Shown here in pieces: positions 8,749 to 18,807 of a stretch of DNA of 32,000 bases (position 1 is its first letter; each line of letters starts with the position of its first letter). The translations under genes were made by a program, and so were the position numbers. The DNA is taken from NCBI RefSeq assembly GCF_008000775.2, contig NZ_CP042905.2, positions 3,480,001-3,512,000 on the forward strand. The letters run 5' to 3'. Source of the stretch: Promethearchaeum syntrophicum. Lineage in GTDB: Archaea > Asgardarchaeota > Lokiarchaeia > Sigyniarchaeales > Promethearchaeaceae. Under the pieces are notes generated by a model. It was not told where the DNA came from and made no database searches. It was given only the letters and a program-made list of their open reading frames with translations.

Positions 8749-10311
8749 TTATATTTTACTTAAGGGTTGGAAAAATTTCGCAATTGACGGAGGAACTCTC
8801 TCAAAGCGAAAAATATCAGATTTATGGCTTAATATCCAAGAGCCTTCTACTTGTGAACGATACACGTTAATAATTATCTTATATTTATCCTTCTTCTTAA
8901 TCGTATTAAGCAAAAATAGTACACCGATTCCAAGGATAATAATTCCAATTATAAGCTGAAATGAAAAACCAATAAAGATCCCAAGAAGCATGGGAATGAA
9001 TGACAAAGAAATAAATAAATTTGTTTGATATTTCTTCTTTTTTAAACTGCTAATATCTTTTGGTTCAATTTTGCTGTAGTCATGATGTCTTCCTTCATTG
9101 GCTGTCATTTTATTATATCGGATTCGATTTTGAACATCTTTATATTGACTAATATTAAACGGATTAAGGATTATCCAGAATATATTAACTATAATATCCC
9201 AAACGCTTTTCTTTGTTTTAGCTCTGATAAAAACCGCTTTTCTTGATACCACCATGGATACATATGGTCTTGTTTTAATTAAGGAGTACAGAATCATGAC
9301 AATGAATTCAAATATAAATACTAATGTAAGCAAAAATAATGCCTCTGCAAGGGGTCCTGAAACCGGAGTAGCACCTTGTATATAATTAACAACCCCAGGA
9401 ATAAATTCATCAAGAAAAAGAAAATATTTTAAAAACGGAATACCCGCTCCAGAGATAATTTCAAAAGTTAATAATAAATACATAGTGGTGCCCATAAAAA
9501 TAAAAGAAATCAAAACAGCTTTAATAAATTTTTCAAAACTCCGATAACATACAAGTACATAAGGTACAATTGGGAAGAATAAAGCTTGAGATGCTGCATC
9601 AAATTTCCCAGTCCCTCTATCTAATCGAAAATATTGAATTATTGCATAAATACCAAAATAAACAATTAACATAAGAAAGTTTCTAATAGAACTCCAAACC
9701 GAAGATTTATATGAAATTCTTAATGGAGTCCAGTGACTGAGAATTATTTCATCATCTGAGTCAATATTAAGGGTTTGAGTTTCAACATTTAACCAACTTG
9801 TATTATATTCGGCAGCTGCTTGGAAATTTTTGTAAATTTTCGTTTTTGAAGGAGCAATATCTAACGATTTTTTTAGAGTAGGTCCTGGAATCCCATAAGC
9901 TGGAATATAAGCTTGATCATATCGCGTATTTGGTAAATAAGAAGGTTGAGCTTCATGGATCTTTCCATTAGATTCTCTTTGTTCCCCTTTCTCGTAAACG
10001 TATTCATACGGTTTCTTTTTTGAACTTTTTCCAATAGGCCATAAACATAAACAGATGATAAATGCAGGTAAAAAAATTCCCGGTTGTTGAGATGATATAA
10101 AAACTAAAAGAGCATATGCTAAAATTAGAACTACAAGAATAATAACAATTGTTTTTCTAATAGATTTTCTTTTGTACGATTGAGTTTTTTGTAGATTTTC
10201 TTGAAATGAAGGATGGTGTACTTTTTGCTCAATGTTTTGAGGACTTACACCTTGAATTTGTTCATCATAAGTGTTCTTCCAATCAATTTCAGAATTTTTT
10301 TCTTCTTCCAT
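8749..10311 (-). CDS. Polytopic membrane protein, function unknown
   Basis: ORF listed to 10332; ATG at 10311 (MEEEKNSEIDW) is an alternative start. Several long hydrophobic stretches (TIVIILVVLILAYALLVFI, FLMLIVYFGIYAIIQYF, LFISLSFIPMLLGIFIGFSFQLIIGIIILGIGVLF). Confidence 0.75.
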   Translation of the reverse strand: MEEEKNSEIDWKNTYDEQIQGVSPQNIEQKVHHPSFQENLQKTQSYKRKSIRKTIVIILVVLILAYALLVFISSQQPGIFLPAFIICLCLWPIGKSSKKKPYEYVYEKGEQRESNGKIHEAQPSYLPNTRYDQAYIPAYGIPGPTLKKSLDIAPSKTKIYKNFQAAAEYNTSWLNVETQTLNIDSDDEIILSHWTPLRISYKSSVWSSIRNFLMLIVYFGIYAIIQYFRLDRGTGKFDAASQALFFPIVPYVLVCYRSFEKFIKAVLISFIFMGTTMYLLLTFEIISGAGIPFLKYFLFLDEFIPGVVNYIQGATPVSGPLAEALFLLTLVFIFEFIVMILYSLIKTRPYVSMVVSRKAVFIRAKTKKSVWDIIVNIFWIILNPFNISQYKDVQNRIRYNKMTANEGRHHDYSKIEPKDISSLKKKKYQTNLFISLSFIPMLLGIFIGFSFQLIIGIIILGIGVLFLLNTIKKKDKYKIIINVYRSQVEGSWILSHKSDIFRFERVPPSIAKFFQPLSKI

Positions 10312-10497
10312 AGAAATAAAAAGAATTTTCATGTTTTTTAATTTATATGATCTATAATTCTTCTTTTAATGAAATTATGAAATTTTTTTTCTTAGAGAAA
10401 TTCTCGGACACCTTTGTTCCCTAACGATTTAAATGTAAAATTTTTCTTCCTTAATTCAGAACAGAAAAATGTTCTACTTACAACTTTGGTGAAATTC

Positions 10498-12117
10498 ATG
10501 AAAAAAAGAAACATTACTATTTTTAGCTTACTCCTAATATTCAGTCTTTTAGTATCAATGGGGGCAGCTATCGCACTTGATGCCTCCATATCAAAAGAAA
10601 CCGGTCATCGGTTTATTGAAGAAAGTTGGGGGATTAATTATGACGTCCTAAGTGGAAAACTTGTAGAAGATTACACTCCAGGAGATTATGCAGATGAATT
10701 AAATGACACAGGAGATGATCCCACTCCTTTTGTAGATGCAAATTATTACATAGCATATATCAATTTAGGGCAGGTTCAAACCTTATTTATGGCTTTAGAA
10801 AGCCAAATAGTGTATGGTCTTAACGGTCTAAACTATACAGGATGTGCTCCCTATCAAATCATGCAACAACATTTTAGAACTCCTTCTGGTGACCATGTCT
10901 TGGTGCAAAATTCATTTGCTGGTTTAGTTGCCTACCAAGAAAACGATGTTGTTAATGGAGTACCAGATAGAAACGACTCCCTTTATTACGGAGATAGTCT
11001 ACATAGTCAATATCATAAATGGTTATTTAACAATCGTCTTAAGTTGTCTTTAGGAGGAGAGCGACCAATAGATGAAAGCATTTCAATCACAGCAACCCCT
11101 GTACTTCCTGAAAGAACAGAAGTTGGGGATGAAATTAGCTATAAATTCGGAATGAACTATGAAAATCTTTTCATTGTGTGGCACAATATGAATGAAGATG
11201 TAGATTTTGGAAATATTACTGATGAAATTGATCTAATTGGAAAAGCAGTTGCTTTTACTTCGCTTGCTTATCTAAACTTTAGTTATACAATTACTGGAAC
11301 ACTTGTTGAAGATAGACCAATTAATATTACAACCACAACTGAATATGACATAGGACCTATTACAGACCTTTGGATAATTAACGATGATGAAACTTATACA
11401 AATTCTATTAATGGAACATTCTACAATATTGGGCTAAATCTTGATATTTCAAGATATGATAATGCGACTACGATTGAAGATCGTTTAGATGGGGATGAAA
11501 CACATCTCGGATTTGGATTAGCTGTATCCAATTATGCCCGTATTTCAGTTATCGCGGCTACTGTTGAAGAACAAGAAGGTTCCACAGTTGTTGATGACGC
11601 CAATAGAACTGTTGATGGAGCGACTGCTGATTATAATGTGACAAGACTAAATTTAAGAACTCGTAATAAACCCTCTTTCGAAATTGATTTTGAAAGTAAA
11701 CCTGATTATATCTTAGGCGGAGGAGGAGATCCAATATTAGCCCCTGTTAAATTGTATCCGAGTGTGAGATTGAGAGCTAATGCCATAAATCGTATTGATG
11801 GTTTGGCAGTAAATTTCCTAAATACAATTAATAAAAGAATGATTCAATCACGCATCGACTATGCAAATGAAAGATTCGATCTTGAAGGAAAAAGAATAGA
11901 GATTGATGTGGCGCGAAGAAATATATTATATGCAATTTGTTTCCCTGAATGGAGCGGTAAAAGTATATACCAAGATCCTACGTTCACTGCTTTTGTTGAT
12001 CCTTCTAATCTTTTAGGATTTCTCTCAAAAATTGATGGTTATACACCATTTTTAATTGGAATAATTGGTGTAATATCTATATCTCTACTAGTTAGAAAAT
12101 ATAAAAAAAATAAATGA
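10498..12117 (+). CDS. Secreted/cell-surface protein with signal peptide and C-terminal TM anchor
   Basis: ATG at 10498 with upstream GGTGA; MKKRNITIFSLLLIFSLLVSMGAAIALD signal; C-terminus KIDGYTPFLIGIIGVISISLLVRKYKKNK. ORF track starts at 10414, which would bury the signal peptide. Confidence 0.8.
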   Translation: MKKRNITIFSLLLIFSLLVSMGAAIALDASISKETGHRFIEESWGINYDVLSGKLVEDYTPGDYADELNDTGDDPTPFVDANYYIAYINLGQVQTLFMALESQIVYGLNGLNYTGCAPYQIMQQHFRTPSGDHVLVQNSFAGLVAYQENDVVNGVPDRNDSLYYGDSLHSQYHKWLFNNRLKLSLGGERPIDESISITATPVLPERTEVGDEISYKFGMNYENLFIVWHNMNEDVDFGNITDEIDLIGKAVAFTSLAYLNFSYTITGTLVEDRPINITTTTEYDIGPITDLWIINDDETYTNSINGTFYNIGLNLDISRYDNATTIEDRLDGDETHLGFGLAVSNYARISVIAATVEEQEGSTVVDDANRTVDGATADYNVTRLNLRTRNKPSFEIDFESKPDYILGGGGDPILAPVKLYPSVRLRANAINRIDGLAVNFLNTINKRMIQSRIDYANERFDLEGKRIEIDVARRNILYAICFPEWSGKSIYQDPTFTAFVDPSNLLGFLSKIDGYTPFLIGIIGVISISLLVRKYKKNK

Positions 12118-12275
12118 AGATTCAGGATTTTGACACTCTATAAATGAGATTTAATTTAGAGGTCTTTTTTTCTTCTTATTTTATTGATTTCTTATCTTAC
12201 TAGGTAATCTTGTAAGAGACATCTATTAATCATCATATGAAAAATTTTTTACTTCATTACTTCAAAAATATTATT

Positions 12276-12839
12276 ATGAAGATTTACTTGCTTAGACATG
12301 CTTCAACTCAATATAATTCTAAAAAATCTCCTTCTGAATGGCACCTTTCACCAGAGGGTAAACAACAAGCAGAGAATATTGTCAAGCAAAATTTAATACC
12401 TCAAGTAGATAAAATTATTTGCTCGTCCGAGTTAAAAACGCATTCAACTATCAAACCCTACTCAGATTTTTACCACCTCCCTATTAATAAAGATTTGAGA
12501 TTTAATGAAGTTGGGAGCACTCATCTTCCTATCGATATTAAACTTTTTCAACAATTCCGAAGACAGTGTTTTAATGATTTTGATATGCATCTACCTTTCA
12601 ATGATAATGAAAGTTTTAGGGATGCATATAATCGCTTCCAATCAGGAATTGCTGATTACATAAAATCTGCACATAATTCTATTTTAATTGTTTCGCACGG
12701 ATGTATATTATCGATTTTTTTTGCTATGTTAAATAAAATTTCGGACAATGGAGAATTAATCTATAAAAATTGGCAAAATCTCCAGTTTTGCTCCTTAGGA
12801 GTAATAGAAAACGGAAAAATAATCAGAAATTTATCATAA
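12276..12839 (+). CDS. Histidine phosphatase / phosphoglycerate mutase-like
   Basis: MKIYLLRHAST (RHG-type motif), LSPEGKQQAENI, ICSSELKT, VSHGCIL. Likely start at internal Met 12276, not 12237. Confidence 0.88.
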   Translation: MKIYLLRHASTQYNSKKSPSEWHLSPEGKQQAENIVKQNLIPQVDKIICSSELKTHSTIKPYSDFYHLPINKDLRFNEVGSTHLPIDIKLFQQFRRQCFNDFDMHLPFNDNESFRDAYNRFQSGIADYIKSAHNSILIVSHGCILSIFFAMLNKISDNGELIYKNWQNLQFCSLGVIENGKIIRNLS

Positions 12840-12875
12840 TCAAATAATATATTTTATTAGCTCTCGGTATGTTTT

Positions 12876-13790
12876 TTAGAAATCTTCACTATTATTGAGA
12901 TCCTTAACGACTTCTTTAGATAGCATTGTCCCAAACGCAATATACTGACGCATGAATTTAATTTTATCAATTCCATCATATTCTTTTCCAATATCAATAT
13001 CATAATATTTGAACGATATTAACGGGTTAGCTTTAGCTATAATCCGCATTCTGGACACCTGGTCAATAGTGGATTGTATTCTGGCTAATCCACCCTCAGA
13101 AGGACTCATATATTGGAGAATTTGATGAAAATCATCTAAAGTCTTGGCTTTCTTATACGGTATTGAGAGATCTACTTTCCCGGTTCCCATTAGCAGAAAA
13201 TGCACCGGTTCTTTATCCCAACCAAGTCTAATCATTTCAGTATATGCCATGTCTAATGGAGTATTATTTAATCCTACCCCTCCATCTACCCAAACAGCTT
13301 TATGAGCTTTATCATTAATTTGACCGAAATAATGTGGGGCAGCAAAAGATTTCGCAATAGAATCTCGAAGGTTTAATCTTCCATCTTTTTCCTCCCAAGA
13401 TTTAAAAAAATGGGTGCGATTATCACATAAATTAACAGATGCAACCATGTATTTTGTTTTACATTCGCTCATTCGTATTTTTTTTGTTCCAAATAAATTT
13501 TCCCACATAGTATAATAATTCTCTCTAATGTATTTTGGTCCAAGAATACCTCTCCACCAATATGTTTTAAAAATTAAGGGGAGGTATTTAATAAATAATT
13601 CAGCATAATCTCTAGCAGAGAATTTACCTAGTGATAATATTCCACCCGTAATAGCTCCAACACTTGTGCCGACAACTAGATCGAAAATTTCAAAAATTTG
13701 TTTTTTGTAATATTTTTCAATCACTCTCAGACTATCTAGCTGGATAGTCCCTCTTACACCCCCGCCCTTAAGAACAAGAATTCTTTTCAC
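12876..13790 (-). CDS. Patatin-like phospholipase
   Basis: Oxyanion hole GGGVRG, nucleophile elbow GTSVG, catalytic Asp motif DGG (WVDGGVGLNNTPLDMAYTEM). Confidence 0.9.
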   Translation of the reverse strand: MKRILVLKGGGVRGTIQLDSLRVIEKYYKKQIFEIFDLVVGTSVGAITGGILSLGKFSARDYAELFIKYLPLIFKTYWWRGILGPKYIRENYYTMWENLFGTKKIRMSECKTKYMVASVNLCDNRTHFFKSWEEKDGRLNLRDSIAKSFAAPHYFGQINDKAHKAVWVDGGVGLNNTPLDMAYTEMIRLGWDKEPVHFLLMGTGKVDLSIPYKKAKTLDDFHQILQYMSPSEGGLARIQSTIDQVSRMRIIAKANPLISFKYYDIDIGKEYDGIDKIKFMRQYIAFGTMLSKEVVKDLNNSEDF

Positions 13791-14107
13791 AATATCTCAC
13801 AGATTTATTTTCTTTTTTTAAGATAATTTAATTTTTATGTTTTAATTAACATCCCACAAGATTATAATAAGATTTTCCTATTTTTATTTCTAATGGTGAA
13901 TTTTTCGAGATTTTGGTGATGACAGGAACATCCTTTTATAACCGAGCATTACCAAATATGGAGTAAAATTCCTTAATATTTCCTAGTATTTTCAAATTAC
14001 CTTGAATATTATATTGCAATTTCACTTATTTATTATTTACTTTCCATTAACATATCAAACTAGTAAATTTTGAATATATCAATTGTAAATAACCTAATTT
14101 TCTCAGT

Positions 14108-14138
14108 TTTATTCAACCTTAAAATATGGTTTAATAAA
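14108..14138. promoter_or_regulatory. Imperfect inverted repeat in the 428-bp spacer
   Basis: TTTATTCAACC (14108-14118) and GGTTTAATAAA (14128-14138), 10 of 11 pairs complementary, 9-nt loop. Confidence 0.35.
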
Positions 14139-14218
14139 TCTCAATTATAAGAGACCAATGGTATGTAAGGATTGAAATAAATAAATAAAATTAATTAATA
14201 TAATAATTAGGAGTAACA

Positions 14219-14515
14219 ATGCCTTCTTCTACAAAAAAATATCGTTCAGCCCTGATTATCATCCAGTCCATTTTGGAACAGCTTATTAAAGCAGGGATGG
14301 AGGAAGGTATTGTTAAATCGACGATCTATAAATCAGTGGGATTGAAAACGATGATCGGAGATAAATATTTAGAACAATTGATTACTGCAGGATATGTGTC
14401 GGTTAAAGAGGAAAAATGGGGAAAAGAACGAACCCGCCAAAAAATATATATAAATAAAAGGGGTTTGCACCGCTTCCAATGGTTTATGAAATTATCATCT
14501 GAATTGGACATATAA
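14219..14515 (+). CDS. Small winged-helix DNA-binding protein
   Basis: 98 aa; helix-turn-helix-like EEGIVKSTIYKSVGLKTMIGDKYLEQLITAGYVSVKEEKWGKERTRQKIYINKRGLHRFQWFM. Confidence 0.65.
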   Translation: MPSSTKKYRSALIIIQSILEQLIKAGMEEGIVKSTIYKSVGLKTMIGDKYLEQLITAGYVSVKEEKWGKERTRQKIYINKRGLHRFQWFMKLSSELDI

Positions 14516-14546
14516 AATAAAATAAAATTGAATAAATGAATAAAAA

Positions 14547-15362
14547 ATGAATGAAAAAAATAACGGAAATATTCCACCAAGTAATTACTTTGATGATAGT
14601 GCTGATTCATCTATCAATAAAAGAGTATTTCCAACTGCAAACGGAGCATATATGATTCCAGATACAGATTATTCACAGATATTAAATTCTTATCAGCACA
14701 TTGCAAAGAAAGAAAGATCAATCCAAATAATAGGAGGCATTTTTGCATTTTTATCATTCCTCATTGAGCTTGTTGTATTTCTCACAGTTAAACCTCTATT
14801 AAACAATAACATTCCATTAGGCGTAATAGCCCAATTTATTTGGATTTTCATTGTACTTCTGATAATAAATGCATTTACTATCGTTCAATTAATTATAATC
14901 TTTAGATGGAATAACAATGTAGGAAAAGTAAAGAATCAACATCAAACGTTAGCATCTACTAATTATAAAATGATTAATCATATATCGTTTATAATTTTCA
15001 CAATTATTTCTATTTTAATTAGTATTTTAGCATTCTTTTGGTTTTATAGCCGATATACTGTTCCACTTAGACCCGATCGATTAATTCTATTCTTTAGAAT
15101 CTATTCTTTCCTACGTAGATTAGCCATGATATTAATTTTAGGTTACGGTGTTTTTGAAATGTGGCAATTAATAAAATGGGTAAGACGAAGAAGGGCCATT
15201 ACCCGAATTGAGCAAAAAATGTTAGATGATTTGCCAAAATTAAAAGAATTGGTTGATTTAACCAAAACATTTGTTGTTAGTAGTCCATTTAATGGAAAAA
15301 AAGTAGAAAAAGATGATGATGATGATAATAATGATGAAAATCAGACGTTTATTCAGACATAA
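14547..15362 (+). CDS. Membrane protein with ~4 TM segments, function unknown
   Basis: Hydrophobic stretches IIGGIFAFLSFLIELVVFLTV, LGVIAQFIWIFIVLLIINAFTIVQLIIIF, HISFIIFTIISILISILAFFWFY, LAMILILGYGVFEMW; acidic C-terminal tail KKVEKDDDDDNNDEN. Confidence 0.75.
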   Translation: MNEKNNGNIPPSNYFDDSADSSINKRVFPTANGAYMIPDTDYSQILNSYQHIAKKERSIQIIGGIFAFLSFLIELVVFLTVKPLLNNNIPLGVIAQFIWIFIVLLIINAFTIVQLIIIFRWNNNVGKVKNQHQTLASTNYKMINHISFIIFTIISILISILAFFWFYSRYTVPLRPDRLILFFRIYSFLRRLAMILILGYGVFEMWQLIKWVRRRRAITRIEQKMLDDLPKLKELVDLTKTFVVSSPFNGKKVEKDDDDDNNDENQTFIQT

Positions 15363-15368
15363 AAAAAA

Positions 15369-16706
15369 TTAACAATCTAAATATGCGTTAAATTCCCAAT
15401 CTGATTCAAATCCATTTTTTTGAGCAATTTCTAACTCTGTTAGTTCCTTTTTCTTCTTCTCTAAAAAGATCCCTATAAAATCCTCTCCGAAAATATCATT
15501 CATCAATGGATCAGTTTCAAAATAAATCAAAGCTCGTTTTAAGCTCCATGGTAACTGTTCGATTCCCAACTCTTTTCTTTCTGATTCAGTTAATAGATCA
15601 ACATTATCTTTTGTTGGTTTGTTAGGTTCAATCTTATTTTTAATCCCATCTAATCCAGCAGCCAATAAAGCAGCAAATCCTAGATATATATTCATGGATC
15701 CATCACCTGCTCGATATTCAATTCTTGCACTTTTTTCATACCCTGGAACGCGAATTAATGCAGTTCTATTCCCAACACCCCAAGCTATATGAACAGGAGC
15801 TTCATGATTAGGGACCAGTCGTTTATATGAATTTGTAGCAGGATTTAAAATAGCTGATATTGCTGGGGCGTGTTTTTCGAGACCACCTACATACCAGCGA
15901 AGGATATCGCTAAGGCCTTTTTCTTTATCTGAAAAGACATTATTTCCTTCCAAATCTGTTAAATATTGATGAATGTGAAGCCCAGAACCGGCTTTTTCTC
16001 TAAAAGGTTTTGGCATAAATGTGCAAATAATATCTTGATCTATTGCATTCATTTTGAATAATTGTTTAGCGGTTTGAACATTATCTGCTGAATAAATTGC
16101 ATCATCCGCAGTAAATTCAACTTCATGTTGAGCAGGTCCAACTTCATGATGTATTGTTTTTATCCCAATATTCATTTCTATTAAATCATCCGTGATTAGT
16201 CGACGCAGTTCGTGTAAACTATCTTTTGGAGGAGTACACATATAATCTCCATCATCCGCAGGTTCGAGCTCATCCGATAAGAAATAAACCTCAAGTTCTG
16301 GTCGTGTTTTAAATAAAAAGCCCATATCCTTTGCTTTCGATATGATTTTCTTTAAAATCCCCCGTGGACATGTTGGAAAAGCATTTCCTTCGTTATCTGT
16401 TAAATCACAAATAAACCTACCGACCCTTGTATCCCAAGGTAGGATTGCAAAAGTTTTATAATCGGGAATGGCTTGCATATCACTTTGACTAGTTTTCAGA
16501 AACCCCAATGATGAGCCATCAACACCCGTTCCTTCTTTCATCTCATCCCAAATTTTTACGGGAAATTCAACTTCTTTTAAAACTCCAAATATTGTAGTAA
16601 ATTGATATTGAATATATTCGACACCAATTTCTTCAAAATAATCAATGGTAAAATCTTCTAATTTTTCGGCAACCATAACATTCACCTTATTGTACGTACT
16701 TTTCAA
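15369..16706 (-). CDS. glnA: Glutamine synthetase type I
   Basis: VDGSSLGFLKTSQSDMQAIPD, AEVEF-like HEVGPAQHEVEF, GSGLHIHQYL, NPATNSYKRLVPNHEAPVHIAWGVGNRTALIRVP, RIEYRAGDGSMNIYLGFAALLAAG. Confidence 0.97.
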   Translation of the reverse strand: MKSTYNKVNVMVAEKLEDFTIDYFEEIGVEYIQYQFTTIFGVLKEVEFPVKIWDEMKEGTGVDGSSLGFLKTSQSDMQAIPDYKTFAILPWDTRVGRFICDLTDNEGNAFPTCPRGILKKIISKAKDMGFLFKTRPELEVYFLSDELEPADDGDYMCTPPKDSLHELRRLITDDLIEMNIGIKTIHHEVGPAQHEVEFTADDAIYSADNVQTAKQLFKMNAIDQDIICTFMPKPFREKAGSGLHIHQYLTDLEGNNVFSDKEKGLSDILRWYVGGLEKHAPAISAILNPATNSYKRLVPNHEAPVHIAWGVGNRTALIRVPGYEKSARIEYRAGDGSMNIYLGFAALLAAGLDGIKNKIEPNKPTKDNVDLLTESERKELGIEQLPWSLKRALIYFETDPLMNDIFGEDFIGIFLEKKKKELTELEIAQKNGFESDWEFNAYLDC

Positions 16707-16775
16707 TAGCTTAGATTATATTTTATATTTTTGGAAAAGGTTTTTGGATTATTTTATTTCTAATGGATCAAGAGA

Positions 16776-17882
16776 ATGGAAAATAAAAATGAAATAATTT
16801 TGGGAGAAAAAACTTTGAAAGAAATTTGGGAAATTCCTAAAAGTATCGAAAAATCTATTTCAAAGGTAAAAAATCGCGAGAAAATAAAGGAGATTGCAAA
16901 AAAGATCGTTGATTCAAATTGTGTTAGCATGTATATCCTTGCATCGGGAACAAGTTATCATGCTGGACTTGTATCCACTTATTGGTTTTCCCAATATGCA
17001 AAATACCCCGCTCATTGTGAGTTAGCTCCAGAATTTCCATATTTAGTTGAACCCATTATTGCAAAAAAGCATTGTGTAATATGTATTTCTCAAAGCGGAG
17101 AATCTGAGTTAACAGTTTTATCTGCTAAGAAAAGTTTAGAAGCAGGAGCATTTGTGATTTCAATTACAAATGATTCAGAAAGCACTTTAGCAAAAATCAC
17201 CGGTGAAAATACCATTCTAACAACGGCGGGTATAGAAGAAAGTGTTTTAGCTACAAAAACCTATGTTTGCCAATTAGCAGTATTAGCAGCATTAACATTG
17301 GATTTAGGATTTTATCGAAAAACTTTGGAAGAAAAATTATATTATGATCTTTGGGATGAATTAGAGACTCTTCCTAAATTAATTGAGACAATACTTCCAA
17401 AATATCGCGATGATATTCAAAAAATTGCCCCCTTTTTTAAATTTGGAACAAAGGCTTTTACAATTGGTGCAGGACCAGACTATCCAAATTGCATGGAAGC
17501 GGCCTTGAAGTTGAAGGAAGGTGCACAAATTTTCGCTCAAGCTTTTTCAACCGCAGAATATGTACATGGCCCCGTTACTCTAGCTTCACCGTATACATTT
17601 GTATTAACTATTATTCCTCGACCTGCTATAAAAATGCGCCATGATGATGTAATCAAACTGATTCATCGTCTTAAAAATCGAGGAGTTACGGTTTTAGGGA
17701 TTAAAAATGCAAATGATAATATAGAAGAATTGGATATTTCTATTGATATACCGGAATGCAATGATTCGTTTGCACCGATTTTGTCAATTATTCCTATTCA
17801 ATTATTAACAGTCGAAATTGCAACCATAAAAAATATCAATTGCGATACTCCCAAATTCTTATCTAAAATTTCCAAATTATAA
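16776..17882 (+). CDS. SIS-domain sugar-phosphate isomerase/deaminase (GlmS isomerase half / NagB-II-like), no glutaminase domain
   Basis: ASGTSYHAGLVSTYWFSQYAKYPAHCELAPEFPY, ISQSGES, AGIEESVLATKTYVCQL, ALKLKEGAQIFAQAFSTAEYVHGP. Confidence 0.9.
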   Translation: MENKNEIILGEKTLKEIWEIPKSIEKSISKVKNREKIKEIAKKIVDSNCVSMYILASGTSYHAGLVSTYWFSQYAKYPAHCELAPEFPYLVEPIIAKKHCVICISQSGESELTVLSAKKSLEAGAFVISITNDSESTLAKITGENTILTTAGIEESVLATKTYVCQLAVLAALTLDLGFYRKTLEEKLYYDLWDELETLPKLIETILPKYRDDIQKIAPFFKFGTKAFTIGAGPDYPNCMEAALKLKEGAQIFAQAFSTAEYVHGPVTLASPYTFVLTIIPRPAIKMRHDDVIKLIHRLKNRGVTVLGIKNANDNIEELDISIDIPECNDSFAPILSIIPIQLLTVEIATIKNINCDTPKFLSKISKL

Positions 17883-17893
17883 TTTGGTTAGTT

Positions 17894-18784
17894 TCACGAA
17901 TTTTCTTTTACATTTCCTAATAAAATTTCATAATAATTAGCGATATTTTCCATTACATTTTGAGCAGAAAGATAGCCTTGTGTTGCAGCCCTTTTTACCG
18001 TTTCTACTAAGAAGCTACGGTGAGGATAATCTTCAGGAATTGGGGTGTCCAATGATCTAATGTTAAAAAGACTCCTCCATAAAGCTATAGTCCATTCTAA
18101 TAGTGGTTTTATCTTTTGATCAAATTTTCGTTGCCCTAGCTCGGACAATGAAAAATCTTTTACAAATTTATAGACGATTTCATCTGATTCTTTAGAATTT
18201 TCACATAATATATATCCTAATTGGATCATATCGTTAAAAACGGAAGTAACATACTCGGTTGACACTTCAAATCCATTTTTTTTCATATCCTCAGTGATTC
18301 TATCAATAGATAATGCTTTAACTTTCATCAAGGCTTTATTTTTTGCAATTATTATATATGGAATGGGAATTGCATTCTTATCTATGACGATAAATTGTAA
18401 TAAAGACCCCACTAAGACGTCACTTATAATTAATTTAGCAGCTACTAAATTTTCGTTAGAAAAATCTTTAGATATTAAATCGGAATCCATGTAGATACTG
18501 AAGATTGGTTCAATAATCGATTTTACAACAAAGAATCCATCATTCATAGCATGCTGTAAATTCCTAACAACTTCGAATCGATATTGTAAATCAGTAATAA
18601 ATCGCTTATCATCTACGAATACAGATCTAATCGTTTTTAATTCTATTTGAGTTTCTCCCCAGAATAACCTCCATAATTTATGAAGACGGGGAATTTGAGC
18701 GTTAATATTTGAAGATTTTTCTTTAACGACTTCAAGTAAAGTTCTTAAAAAATTATCTATAGGTGGGTTTTCGTTCTGATTCAA
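17894..18784 (-). CDS. Uncharacterised protein, possible C-terminal winged-helix; directly downstream of the JAMM gene
   Basis: 296 aa from TTG at 18784, preceded by GGTGA; KKNGFEVSTEYVTSVFNDMIQLGYILCENSKESDEIVYKFVKDFSLSELGQRKF looks like a helix-helix-wing segment. 23 nt separate it from the JAMM stop. Confidence 0.75.
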   Translation of the reverse strand: MNQNENPPIDNFLRTLLEVVKEKSSNINAQIPRLHKLWRLFWGETQIELKTIRSVFVDDKRFITDLQYRFEVVRNLQHAMNDGFFVVKSIIEPIFSIYMDSDLISKDFSNENLVAAKLIISDVLVGSLLQFIVIDKNAIPIPYIIIAKNKALMKVKALSIDRITEDMKKNGFEVSTEYVTSVFNDMIQLGYILCENSKESDEIVYKFVKDFSLSELGQRKFDQKIKPLLEWTIALWRSLFNIRSLDTPIPEDYPHRSFLVETVKRAATQGYLSAQNVMENIANYYEILLGNVKENS

Positions 18785-18807
18785 ATGGATTTCACCATGT
18801 ATTTAAT

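Noticed and set aside
8467-8870. Plus-strand ORFs 8467-8679 and 8676-8870
   Set aside because: Antisense or low-complexity hydrophobic readings in and near the promoter side of the GTPase and the end of the membrane protein; no start context or homology signal.
12876-15362. Possible CBASS or similar defence cassette (patatin, winged helix, membrane protein)
   Set aside because: No CD-NTase, Cap2/Cap3, STING or other nucleotide-sensor gene is present; genes are divergent rather than operonic.
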